From: Nitrospiraceae bacterium
Lineage (GTDB): Bacteria; Nitrospirota; Nitrospiria; Nitrospirales; UBA2166
Reading direction: 5' to 3'
Length of the DNA stretch: 43,039 bases
Assembly: GCA_002726235.1 (NCBI GenBank)
Contig: PBSN01000012.1
Span: 62,001-105,039, forward strand
Below are positions 9,521 to 18,704 of the stretch, piece after piece. How positions within the stretch are numbered: position 1 is the stretch's first letter; each line of letters starts with the position of its first letter. Position numbers and translations under genes: made by a program. Below the pieces are notes generated by a model. The model did not search any database. It had not been told where the DNA came from and saw only the letters and a list, made by a program, of their open reading frames with translations.

Positions 9521-9887
9521 AGGAGTAGGTACCTACGAGTGGGACGCAACCCCGTTTCACTTCGTAGAGGGTTGGTTGTTGGCACTCAAAGGCTTCGATG
9601 AGTTGCTGTGCTGCTTGTTTTGGCTTCAGCGTGTCGCCGCAGGTGAAAATATCGACTGCGGCATACTCGAATTCCGGCCAGGTATGGATGGCGAGATGGG
9701 ATTCGGTGATAACGACCATGCCACTAACACCGATGGGATTAAACTGGTGAAAATGTGTATCAACAATTGTCGCTCCAGCCGTGTTTGCCGCGGCCACCAT
9801 GAGTTGTTCGACTTTTGCTGCGTCATTTAGAAGTGCCGGATTGCACTTGTGCAATTCGACCAAAAGGTGCGTTCCCAATGCTTGCAC
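9486..9887 (-). CDS. speD: S-adenosylmethionine decarboxylase proenzyme (class 1B)
   Basis: GTHLLVEL, autocleavage motif ITE-SHLAIHTWPE, DIFTCG; GTG 9887 preceded by purine-rich SD-like sequence. Confidence 0.93.
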   Translation of the reverse strand: MQALGTHLLVELHKCNPALLNDAAKVEQLMVAAANTAGATIVDTHFHQFNPIGVSGMVVITESHLAIHTWPEFEYAAVDIFTCGDTLKPKQAAQQLIEAFECQQPTLYEVKRGCVPLVGTYSYGQPQELQMVP

Positions 9888-9944
9888 TCTCCCTGTTTCA
9901 CCTCCCCCTAGACCAAACAACTAGCCCTGAAAAAGTTCCGCGTC

Positions 9945-9972
9945 ACTATAGCGAACTTCGTTAATTTGTCAA
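9945..9972 (-). promoter_or_regulatory. Sigma70-type promoter of speD-speE-speA
   Basis: TTGACA-16 bp-TATAGT on minus strand about 60 bp upstream of speD. Confidence 0.6.
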
Positions 9973-10006
9973 GTGAAAATCACGTTTTATTCAACCGCAT
10001 CATCTT

Positions 10007-10249
10007 GTGGATAAGTTGGCGTTACGTATACTGCATGAACGGATGCATACAGATGGTGTGTGGGGAACAACTCACTTTCTTGCGTTCCTTTCCATAGAGG
10101 AGGAGTATGAGAAGCATGTTGTGTTGCATGCGGTTAGCGCATCGACCATGCCGTATTGCATCCGCTTTGAGCAAACGTTGTTTGCCAAGATCGACAGAGC
10201 ACTTCGTAAAGACGGGGTGGCTTGGTCGGAAATTACTTTGATACCTTAA
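10007..10249 (+). CDS. Possible hypothetical protein (80 aa)
   Basis: Open frame in an otherwise unannotated gap, followed by a T-run at 10286-10292; no recognisable motif or SD. Confidence 0.3.
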   Translation: MDKLALRILHERMHTDGVWGTTHFLAFLSIEEEYEKHVVLHAVSASTMPYCIRFEQTLFAKIDRALRKDGVAWSEITLIP

Positions 10250-10683
10250 TCTCCCAAAGCCGAGCGAATCTGAGGGTTTTTTAGACCGCTGTTGCCGCGA
10301 AAATTGCTCTTCGTCTGCTGAGGATGAACATGTTGATTGCAACAGATGCGCGTGGAACAGGTCAGAGCGAAGAGCTACTGTCTGAGAATCTCCTATGAGC
10401 AAGTGACAGAATATGATAATTAATGGCGATACGGTTTGCTAGGAGCCAACGAGTAGCGATTGTCGTAATAGATTTCACCCTGAGGTTCTCTGATCGCATG
10501 ACTGGTTAATTTCGGGTAAGCACTCGTGACAGACCCACTGATCCTAAGGAACGGGTACAGAGCGTGACTTTGTTTTGAAAAGCATTATTGGTGTGGTGAT
10601 GAATCAGTCTTGACGATGCTTAGTATATTGTGATGGTCAATGTTACCGCCGAGTCTATGTTTCGATGTTCAAAAAGAGGTGTG

Positions 10684-10986
10684 ATGCATCATCCGCTTGA
10701 TTGCTTTATCCCGATACAATTTCGACAATTGTATGTGGAGGCTATCTATGTGTTTGGTGAGGCGAGTGTCACTCAGTGGTGGAAGGGGATATTGGATGCT
10801 GGGAGCGGACTCTACAGTGATTGGATGGAGGTTATAGTCGAGACTTCCATTCTCACGTTCCAAAAATCCGCCAGTAGCGTTCTCGACTTATTATTGTGCT
10901 TACGTACATCGTGTACGCTCCGTTCACCAACGATCCTGCGGCCTTGCTGGACGGCTTTTTTGAACAGCCTCATGAGGGGCCGATGA
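10684..10986 (+). CDS. Possible hypothetical protein upstream of LOG gene
   Basis: GAGGT SD before ATG 10684; stop overlaps LOG ATG (ATGA at 10983-10986); no recognisable motif. Confidence 0.3.
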   Translation: MHHPLDCFIPIQFRQLYVEAIYVFGEASVTQWWKGILDAGSGLYSDWMEVIVETSILTFQKSASSVLDLLLCLRTSCTLRSPTILRPCWTAFLNSLMRGR

Positions 10987-11720
10987 CGTCTCCTTCTTAT
11001 CTACCACCGGCTGGCGAAACGGACTGGCTGTGTGTTCCCCAAGAAAATGCCGAACGCATTTTTCTTAAAGGTAGCCGCGATCATCCGGAAGAACTCGCAA
11101 GTGCTGGTCGGGTGTTTCTGGAGTTTGTCCGTGGATTTCAGGGGCTTGGTTCAATCGGAAATTGTGTCACCGTGTTTGGGTCAGCTCGGTTTCCAGATGG
11201 CCATCGTTATTATGAACTTGCGAGGAAACTTGGCTATGGATTAGCAGAAGCTGGTTTTACGGTGATGACGGGTGGTGGCCCGGGGCTTATGGAAGCGGCA
11301 AACCGTGGTGCCAAGGATGCGGGCGGTATGAGCATTGGATGCAATATCGATTTGCCTTTCGAACAGGGAAGAAATTCCTATCTTGATCGCTTTGTGGAGT
11401 TCGAACATTTTTTCGTTCGTAAGGTGATGCTGGTTAAATATTCCAAGGCATTTGTATTTATGCCGGGAGGATTTGGGACTCTTGATGAAGTGTTTGAAAC
11501 CATGACATTGATGCAGACGAATAAGATAGCCTCATTCCCAATTGTGGCCATGGGTACCGAGTTTTGGGATGGTCTCCAACAGTTTGTTCGTGGGACCATG
11601 CTTGCTGAGGGGACGATCAGCTCACAGGACCTTGAGCTTATTCACTTCACAGATTCCCTCGATGAAGCCATCGCAATTATCCGTGCTGGGGGTGTGGTGA
11701 AAGCAAACGATGGTAGTTAA
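10983..11720 (+). CDS. LOG family (TIGR00730) nucleotide monophosphate phosphoribohydrolase
   Basis: VTVFGSAR, TGGGPGLMEAANRGA, FFVRKVMLVK, PGGFGTLDE; GAGGGG SD before ATG 10983. Confidence 0.92.
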   Translation: MTSPSYLPPAGETDWLCVPQENAERIFLKGSRDHPEELASAGRVFLEFVRGFQGLGSIGNCVTVFGSARFPDGHRYYELARKLGYGLAEAGFTVMTGGGPGLMEAANRGAKDAGGMSIGCNIDLPFEQGRNSYLDRFVEFEHFFVRKVMLVKYSKAFVFMPGGFGTLDEVFETMTLMQTNKIASFPIVAMGTEFWDGLQQFVRGTMLAEGTISSQDLELIHFTDSLDEAIAIIRAGGVVKANDGS

Positions 11721-11739
11721 TACGTGAATCTCGCATGGT

Positions 11740-11840
11740 TGAATAAAATGAGGCAGGGGACCTGTTGGGTTCCTCCAGCATCGTAGTCCCCTCTTGTGAA
11801 TAAAAAGGGAGGGACTCCAAATGGGTGACGTCCCTCGTGC
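11740..11840 (-). terminator. Two tandem hairpin + T-tract units (probable intrinsic terminators downstream of tkt)
   Basis: GAGGGAC/GTCCCTC (11809-11836) and AGGGGAC/GTCCCCT (11755-11792), each followed on the minus strand by TTTTATTCA. Confidence 0.5.
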
Positions 11841-12082
11841 CGACGGTTTCAACTGCGGCAGATATTAGGGAGATCCTAAAGATTTGTAGCGCAGACAATG
11901 ACGATTGGACCGTTGACGCCCTATAGTGACTGTAGCACACGGGTGGGTTTCGTTGGAGGATCTCGTTGTTGTCGGCGAGATTGGCGAGGGAGCCTATATG
12001 CCGCCCACCTAAATGTCTAGGCTGGGGCACTCTACCATTGGGCTTGGCTTACTCCTGTGTGTGGGGGGTGTAATCGCGACTC

Positions 12083-14095
12083 TCAAACCAACTTTCTAAC
12101 CGCCTCAGCCACTTGATCTGCAGTCAAGCCGAATTTCTCCATATTCGTTGGTCCAGGGGCTGAGGCGCCAAAGGTGTCGATGCCGATCGCAATTCCTGCA
12201 TCCCCGATCCAACGATTCCAGCCGAAGGTTATGCCTGCTTCGATTGATACCCTAGCTTTGATGGATGTTGGAAGGACGGATTCCTGATATTCGTTGCTCT
12301 GAGCGTCAAAGGCTTCCCAGCATGGCATTGAAACAACTCGAACTCGAAAGCCTTCTTTGGCAAGCAGGCTTTGTGCCTTAACCGCAACGGAGACCTCAGA
12401 GCCAGTGCCGATAATGATGGCCTGTGGAATGTCGCCTTCGGCGTCGATGAGAGTATAGGCTCCACGGGCGAGTCCAGTGGCGGGACCACTGTTAGCTCGA
12501 TAAAGCACTGGAAGTCCCTGTCGGCTCAGTATCAGAGCGACAGGACTGTTGCGTTGGTTCATCGCAAATTTCCACGCCTCAGCAGTTTCGTTGGCATCAC
12601 ATGGGCGTACCACTGTGAAGTTTGGAATTGCGCGGAGCGACATGAGGTGCTCAACAGGCTGGTGAGTTGGGCCGTCCTCGCCCAATCCAATGGAATCGTG
12701 TGTCCATACGAAGATCACCGGCAGTTTGTCGAGAGCTGCCAACCTAGCCGACGGACGCATGTAATCTGAAAAACAAAAAAAAGTTGCGACAAATGAGCGC
12801 ACACCTGCGTGATACGCCATACCGTTGGCTATCGCGCCCATGGCATGCTCTCGTACGCCGTAATGGATATTGCGTCCTTCCCCTGTTTGGGCGTTAAAGT
12901 TGCCTGCATCCTTAATCATGGTATTCGTCGAGCTTGAAATGTCGGCGTCTCCTCCGAGAAGCCACGGGACTTTCGAGGCGATGGCGTTGAGTACTTCTCC
13001 AGAAGCTTGACGGGTTGCCAGCTTTTCCCCTGTGTTCCATGTTGGTAGATCGCTATCCCATCCAAGTGGCAACTCTCCCGCGAGAGCCATTGCCCAATCC
13101 TTCGCGAGATGCGGGTGAGCATTGGAAAAATTCAAGAACTGTTGTTTCCATTTGTCGTGAAGGCGTTTTCCGCGTTCAACAACGACATTGAAATGAGAAC
13201 GGGCTTTGTCCGGAACGAAGAACGACTTTTCAGGATCCCATCCGAGTGTTTTTTTCGCGAGGGCAATCTCATCTGAACCCAATGGACTCCCGTGGGCACC
13301 CGACGTGCCTTGTTTGTTTGGTGCGCCATAGCCGATGGTAGTTTTGATAAGGATTAGCGATGGACGCGTGGCATCGGTTTTGGCTTGTGTGATTGCCGCA
13401 TCAATTGCGTTGAGATTGGTGTCGCCGTCATCGACTTGAAGTACCTGCCATCCATATGCTTCGTAGCGCTTAGAGACATTCTCGGTTGAGAATGCTAGCG
13501 ATGTTGGGCCATCAAGCGAGATATTGTTCGAATCGTACAGATAGATAAGCTTGCCAAGTTTGAGGTGTCCAGCCAGCGAACCCGCTTCACCCGAGATGCC
13601 TTCCATCAAGTCCCCATCAGAGACTAGCGAGTAGGTGTGGTGATCAACAATGGTATGTCCTGGTCGATTGAAGGTATGTGCCAAAAAACGTTCTGCCATA
13701 GCCATGCCGACGGCATTGGCGGTTCCTTGACCAAGGGGACCGGTCGTCGCCTCGATTCCTGGAGTGAGTAGCGTCTCTGGATGACCTGGGGTGCGGCTTT
13801 TCCATTGTCGAAAGGCACGGAGGTCATCCATTGTCATGTCGTAGCCGTAAAGATGGAGTAGACAGTAGAGGAGCATGCTCCCGTGTCCAGCGGACAACAC
13901 AAAGCGGTCACGGTTGGGCCAGTGAGGATCACTGGGATTGTGGCGTAAATGATTTTGCCACAATACATAGGCCATAGGGGCAGCTCCCATCGGGAGACCT
14001 GGATGTCCTGAGTTGGCCTTCTGGACAGCGTCTATTGCCAAGGTGCGAATGGTGTTGATGCTCAACTGTTCGACTGACATGTCACTGCTACTCAC
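12083..14095 (-). CDS. tkt: Transketolase
   Basis: [57 protein letters not shown] before GTG 14095. Confidence 0.97.
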   Translation of the reverse strand: MSSSDMSVEQLSINTIRTLAIDAVQKANSGHPGLPMGAAPMAYVLWQNHLRHNPSDPHWPNRDRFVLSAGHGSMLLYCLLHLYGYDMTMDDLRAFRQWKSRTPGHPETLLTPGIEATTGPLGQGTANAVGMAMAERFLAHTFNRPGHTIVDHHTYSLVSDGDLMEGISGEAGSLAGHLKLGKLIYLYDSNNISLDGPTSLAFSTENVSKRYEAYGWQVLQVDDGDTNLNAIDAAITQAKTDATRPSLILIKTTIGYGAPNKQGTSGAHGSPLGSDEIALAKKTLGWDPEKSFFVPDKARSHFNVVVERGKRLHDKWKQQFLNFSNAHPHLAKDWAMALAGELPLGWDSDLPTWNTGEKLATRQASGEVLNAIASKVPWLLGGDADISSSTNTMIKDAGNFNAQTGEGRNIHYGVREHAMGAIANGMAYHAGVRSFVATFFCFSDYMRPSARLAALDKLPVIFVWTHDSIGLGEDGPTHQPVEHLMSLRAIPNFTVVRPCDANETAEAWKFAMNQRNSPVALILSRQGLPVLYRANSGPATGLARGAYTLIDAEGDIPQAIIIGTGSEVSVAVKAQSLLAKEGFRVRVVSMPCWEAFDAQSNEYQESVLPTSIKARVSIEAGITFGWNRWIGDAGIAIGIDTFGASAPGPTNMEKFGLTADQVAEAVRKLV

Positions 14096-14216
14096 AACAG
14101 CCTCCATACTATTTATGAGGAAATTCAAATGAATGGTACATCCTGCTTGTCGCTCGTGGAATCATAGCATGTCCTTGTCCCGTTTCTAGGTCCAGATTCA
14201 AGCGTTTACAACTTCA

Positions 14217-14246
14217 TTGACTTTCGTTGTTTCACAACTTTATCAT
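14217..14246 (+). promoter_or_regulatory. Possible sigma70 promoter for ferritin-like/TRAP/Mla cluster
   Basis: TTGACT-18 bp-TATCAT about 35 bp upstream of ATG 14281. Confidence 0.4.
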
Positions 14247-14280
14247 CAGCAAGAGCCCCATAATACATGAGTGCGTTACC

Positions 14281-14802
14281 ATGAAAGATTTTGAGATGCC
14301 TATGGATCTAAAAGCGGCTCTTGCCCGCGGGGTTGAAATTGAATCGATAGCCGGTCGAGTTTTTTCCCACTTTCAGCAATGCTTTGCTCATGATCGAGGA
14401 GCCTCCAGTGTGTTCGAAAAGATGAGTAAAGAGGAAGGTGAACACGCCACTGTTATCCAGCGCCAATTAGATCTGATTGCCACGATGCCTGAGGCCTTTA
14501 TGGCAATTGATGATGCGATACGAGACAGACAGCAGGTGCTTATCGCCCGAATGCACAAAATATTGCAAGAGGTTGCGGAATATCCTCCTTCTCTCGAAAA
14601 AGCTGTTGAAATCTGTTGTGAGTTAGAAAAGGAAATTGAAGACGTTCATGAGCAGGCCATTACAAATCTTATCCAGACCACGGGAAAGTTGGCCTTTGCG
14701 ACGGTGGCATTAGAAGCGATTAGCTTTCAGGATGACCATACGGAAGGTCTGTTTGATCTTGCTCGAAAGCTAGGAGTCATGAGACCGCGTGTTGAGAATT
14801 GA
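14281..14802 (+). CDS. Ferritin-like/rubrerythrin-family four-helix protein
   Basis: Duplicated pattern A.EIE...F...EEGEH and ELEKE...DDH typical of ferritin-like AB domains. Confidence 0.7.
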   Translation: MKDFEMPMDLKAALARGVEIESIAGRVFSHFQQCFAHDRGASSVFEKMSKEEGEHATVIQRQLDLIATMPEAFMAIDDAIRDRQQVLIARMHKILQEVAEYPPSLEKAVEICCELEKEIEDVHEQAITNLIQTTGKLAFATVALEAISFQDDHTEGLFDLARKLGVMRPRVEN

Positions 14803-14836
14803 ATAACCTATCAGACCGTTTTTGTGAGGAGGCAGC

Positions 14837-15877
14837 ATGAGGCGACATACGGTAGCTACTATTTTCGTAGTTTGTATAGCCTTGTTATCGATTTCCGTGT
14901 GCACTGTTCAGGCAGTAGAGGAGGCCAAGAAATATAAAATCAAGATCGCGACTCTCGCTCCTGAGGGTTCCTCATGGATGAAACGTTTTCATGAGGCTAG
15001 CCGTGTGATTGAAAATCGCTCGCAGGGAAGACTCAAGATCAAAGTCTATGCCGGCGGGATCATGGGTGATGAAGCGGATATCATACGTAAGATTCGGATT
15101 GGCCAACTCCATGGTGCCGCCGTTACTGGCGTTGGGCTTGGAATTATTCAACCGGCTGTCAGAGTACTCGACCTCCCTTTCCTTTTCGAAAGCGATGAAG
15201 AGCTGGATTTTATCCGGGAACAGTTAGATGAAGAATTTGACCAAAAATTCGAGGAACGGGGCTATGTCCTTCTTGGTTGGGGGGAAGTCGGTTGGATCCA
15301 CGTCTTTTCAAAAAGACCTGTCACCAACAAACAGCAATTGCTTGCCACTAGGTTGTGGGCCTGGGTGGACGATCCCCTTGCGCATCGTATGTTTAAGCAG
15401 ATTGGGGTGAAAGGGGTTCCCCTTTCCCTTCCAGCAGTGCTGCCTAATCTACAGACCGGGCTGATCAATGCGGCTTATGGATCTCCCCTGTCCACCCTTG
15501 CGCTTCAATGGTATACCACGGTCAAGTACATGTCAGATTTGCCAATCACGATGGCCAATGCGGCTGTTGTGATCTCGCAAAAGTTCTTCGATGGACTCCC
15601 TCCCGATCTCCAAACAATTCTTCTGGAGGAAGGTCAACACATGCAGAAAGCTCTTATCGATCAGGTCCGTCGTGATAACAAGGAATCTCTTCGCGTGCTG
15701 AAAAAATTCGGTATTCAAGTGACTCAGACAGAGGCGGCGTTTGTCAACGAGATGGAGGATGCCTCCCATGTAGTGTGGCAACAACTTGCCACAACACTTT
15801 ATCCGCCTGAATTGCTGGCTCGTATACAAAAACTTCTTGCCGAATTTCGGGCCGGCCAAGGATCATCCACAAAATAA
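14837..15877 (+). CDS. dctP: TRAP transporter substrate-binding protein DctP (TatP-like subtype)
   Basis: Signal peptide; KIATLAPEGSSW, YAGGIMGDE, LDLPFLF, LQTGLINA, FDGLPPDLQ; GAGGAGG SD. Confidence 0.92.
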   Translation: MRRHTVATIFVVCIALLSISVCTVQAVEEAKKYKIKIATLAPEGSSWMKRFHEASRVIENRSQGRLKIKVYAGGIMGDEADIIRKIRIGQLHGAAVTGVGLGIIQPAVRVLDLPFLFESDEELDFIREQLDEEFDQKFEERGYVLLGWGEVGWIHVFSKRPVTNKQQLLATRLWAWVDDPLAHRMFKQIGVKGVPLSLPAVLPNLQTGLINAAYGSPLSTLALQWYTTVKYMSDLPITMANAAVVISQKFFDGLPPDLQTILLEEGQHMQKALIDQVRRDNKESLRVLKKFGIQVTQTEAAFVNEMEDASHVVWQQLATTLYPPELLARIQKLLAEFRAGQGSSTK

Positions 15878-15889
15878 GGTTTTACACTT

Positions 15890-16411
15890 ATGACCGCTCG
15901 ACTCACACGCGCTCTGGCTGTTGCAGATCGCACTCTCGCCAAAGTGGAGGAGATTGGCTTGTTCGTGTTGCTCATGGCCATGCTCCTCTTGGCTGTTGCA
16001 CAAGTCATTCAGCGCAATGTCACCGATTCTGCCCCAATGTGGGTCGACATCATGCTTCGCCACATGACGTTTGCCATTGGCATGTTGGGCGCTTCGCTTG
16101 CAACGCATGCAGATAAACAAATTCATATCGATATCGTTGCGAGGTTACTCCCTGAACGTTCACGACTTATCATGCGCCTTGTCGTTGGGCTCGCGACTAT
16201 CGGCTTTTGTTTGGTGATCCTTCGCGCCGGATGGCAGACTCATGTCATGGAGCGCGAATTTTCCCAACTTCTTTTTTTTGGTTTCACCAGTGCCGATAGT
16301 CTACTTGTAATTCCAATCGTCTTCGGCTTAATGTCGCTTCATCTTGTGCTTCGATGGCTCTTTGATCTCGGGATTCTTTTCACCTATCGTCAGCCGCCAG
16401 ACTTAGCCTAG
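15890..16411 (+). CDS. dctQ: TRAP transporter small permease DctQ
   Basis: Four TM helices; QVIQR, LGASLAT...HIDI motif. Confidence 0.9.
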   Translation: MTARLTRALAVADRTLAKVEEIGLFVLLMAMLLLAVAQVIQRNVTDSAPMWVDIMLRHMTFAIGMLGASLATHADKQIHIDIVARLLPERSRLIMRLVVGLATIGFCLVILRAGWQTHVMEREFSQLLFFGFTSADSLLVIPIVFGLMSLHLVLRWLFDLGILFTYRQPPDLA

Positions 16412-16424
16412 ACACGGGTATCCG

Positions 16425-17777
16425 ATGACATTGCTCTTGGTATGCCTCATCATCGCCTTGGGCCTTCTTGGCGCGCCTCTTTTTGCCGTCCTCGGTTCTC
16501 TTGCCCTCCTCGGCTTCTATTCAGAGGGCACAACATTTGCCGTCATCGGCATCGAGTTTTACAAGTTAACGCAACAGCCTATCCTTATCACTCTTCCACT
16601 TTTTACCTTTGCCGGGTATTTGATGGCTGAAGCGCGGACGGCCGATCGACTCGTCGGAGTAGCCAGAGCGGCGTTGGGATGGTTGCCAGGAGGTTTGGCC
16701 GTTGTTGCGTTGCTGACGTGCGCTTTTTTTGGAACGTTTACTGGCGTTTCTGGGGTTGCCATCATTGCTATTGGGGGGTTGCTATTTCCGATTCTTATCA
16801 AGGAGTTGTACCCGGAACGATTTAGTCTTGGTCTGCTGACATCGAGTGCAAAGATTGGGCTCTTATTTCCTCCGAGTATCCCGCTCATTCTCTATGGCAT
16901 CGTCTATGCTCTTTCGATGCAAAGCACACCTGAGGCCATGGCTAGAGGTGTTTTCGATATCGGGACATTTTTTATTGCGGGGATTGTTCCAGGTCTTTTT
17001 CTTGTTCTGGTTGTGGGTGGCTATTGTATGTTTGTGGGTCAACGATCGAATGTCCCCCGATTGCCTTTTCATGGTAAAGAATTGTTGAGTGCACTGTGGA
17101 AAGCCAAATGGGAAGTGCCGATCCCATTTGTGCTCTTAGGGTTGATCTATGGCGGCATCATTACCCTTGCTGAGGCGGCAGCGGTGACCGCTCTGTATGT
17201 CCTGATTATTGAGGTCTTCGTGTACCGCGATCTCAAGTTTTTCCGCGATGTTCCGCGCATTGTGCGAGAGAGTACCGTGCTTGTTGGTGCAATCTTTCTC
17301 ATTCTTGCGATCTCACTGAGCCTGACTGCATTCTTCGTTGAGGCCGAAATTGCACAAAAGATTTTCGAAGCCATGAAAGACTATATTCAATCTCCGCTAA
17401 CCTTTCTGCTTGTTCTGAATGTTTTTCTTCTGATTGTTGGGGCGCTCATGGATATTTTTTCTGCGATTGTTGTGGTGCTTCCGTTGGTTGCGGTCGTTGC
17501 CACTCAATTTGGCATCAACCCTTACCATCTTGGGATTATATTCTTGGTAAATCTTGAAATCGGCTATCTTACACCACCGGTTGGGATGAACCTGTTCATT
17601 GCCAGTTTCCGTTTTGGGAAACCTGTAGTAACGCTCTATTGGGCGGTGCTCCCGTTTATTGCACTTTTAATCCTCTGCCTACTTGTTATTACCTACGTTC
17701 CTGCGTTGACGGTCGGTTCGCTTGAGCTCATCCTTGATCTGTTAGGGCGTGAAGCGAGTCCCGCCCTTTCTCTCTAG
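16425..17777 (+). CDS. dctM: TRAP transporter large permease DctM
   Basis: LPLFTFAGYLM, LFPPSIPLILYG, EIGYLTPPVGMNLF; highly hydrophobic. Confidence 0.95.
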   Translation: MTLLLVCLIIALGLLGAPLFAVLGSLALLGFYSEGTTFAVIGIEFYKLTQQPILITLPLFTFAGYLMAEARTADRLVGVARAALGWLPGGLAVVALLTCAFFGTFTGVSGVAIIAIGGLLFPILIKELYPERFSLGLLTSSAKIGLLFPPSIPLILYGIVYALSMQSTPEAMARGVFDIGTFFIAGIVPGLFLVLVVGGYCMFVGQRSNVPRLPFHGKELLSALWKAKWEVPIPFVLLGLIYGGIITLAEAAAVTALYVLIIEVFVYRDLKFFRDVPRIVRESTVLVGAIFLILAISLSLTAFFVEAEIAQKIFEAMKDYIQSPLTFLLVLNVFLLIVGALMDIFSAIVVVLPLVAVVATQFGINPYHLGIIFLVNLEIGYLTPPVGMNLFIASFRFGKPVVTLYWAVLPFIALLILCLLVITYVPALTVGSLELILDLLGREASPALSL

Positions 17778-17785
17778 CTAGAAAA

Positions 17786-18598
17786 ATGCTGAAAACTTCT
17801 GCTGTGGCGTTGCAATTGAGGCAATACGTGACTTCTAGTGTTGAATATACCGCTCGCTCTAGTTTCTTTGTCGGTGTTGAGTATCTTCGCTTTTCGGTTC
17901 AGGCGATGGGTGGATTGTTCAGACGCCCGTTGTACTTACGAGAATTTCTCTACCAATGCGATGTGATTGGGGTGGGATCACTGTGGCTGAGTATCGGAAT
18001 CGGTGTGTTTATCGGGATCATTATGCCCATTCACTTGCTAGGGCTGTTACCGAGTGGAACGATGTACGATCTTCCTTCGGTGATTGGGAGTGTGACGATC
18101 CGAGAAATTGGACCGACGCTGACCGCGGTGATCCTCGCTGGACGACTGAGTGCTGGGATGGCTGCGGAGCTCGCGTCAATGAAAGTGACGGAGCAAGTGG
18201 ATGCGCTAAGGGCAATGGGTGTGGATGTCACCAAGTCGCTGGTGACAACAAAACTTGTCGCATCCGTGATCATGCTCCCGTTTCTCATTTTTCTCGTCGA
18301 TATTGTCGCAATTTTAGGAAGTTGGGTGATCATTGGAATTCCCTTGGGCGTCGACCTTCACTTTTATGTTAATGCAGCGGTTTCCGATCTCTCGCATCGT
18401 GATATGGGTCTTGCGATGACCAAAGCGTTAGTTTCCGGGTTTATCGTTGCTACCGTTGGGTGTTACTGCGGTCTTCGGGCATATGGCGGAACAGTAGGGA
18501 TTGCACGGGCCTCAACCCAAGGGGTGGTTTCGGCCGGAATATTGATTCTCATTTTTGACGTCTTTCTTACGCATTTTCTTACTCCGGTGGGTGTATAG
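17786..18598 (+). CDS. mlaE: MlaE-family ABC permease (copy 1)
   Basis: IGVGSL, REIGPTLTAVILAGR, AELASMKVTEQVDALRAMG, GGTVGIARAST. Confidence 0.9.
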   Translation: MLKTSAVALQLRQYVTSSVEYTARSSFFVGVEYLRFSVQAMGGLFRRPLYLREFLYQCDVIGVGSLWLSIGIGVFIGIIMPIHLLGLLPSGTMYDLPSVIGSVTIREIGPTLTAVILAGRLSAGMAAELASMKVTEQVDALRAMGVDVTKSLVTTKLVASVIMLPFLIFLVDIVAILGSWVIIGIPLGVDLHFYVNAAVSDLSHRDMGLAMTKALVSGFIVATVGCYCGLRAYGGTVGIARASTQGVVSAGILILIFDVFLTHFLTPVGV

Positions 18599-18704
18599 AG
18601 ACGAATATTGGCGTGAACCTCCATTTCGTGCAGAAATTGTTTCTGCCGTGTTACCAATCCGGCGATTCAGCAAACCTTTTGAGGCAGGGTATTTCTACCA
18701 CATT

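Noticed and set aside
18555..18704. N-terminal extension of the second MlaE from TTG 18555
   Set aside because: Overlaps the upstream mlaE and is not MlaE-like; ATG 18705 gives a normal length.
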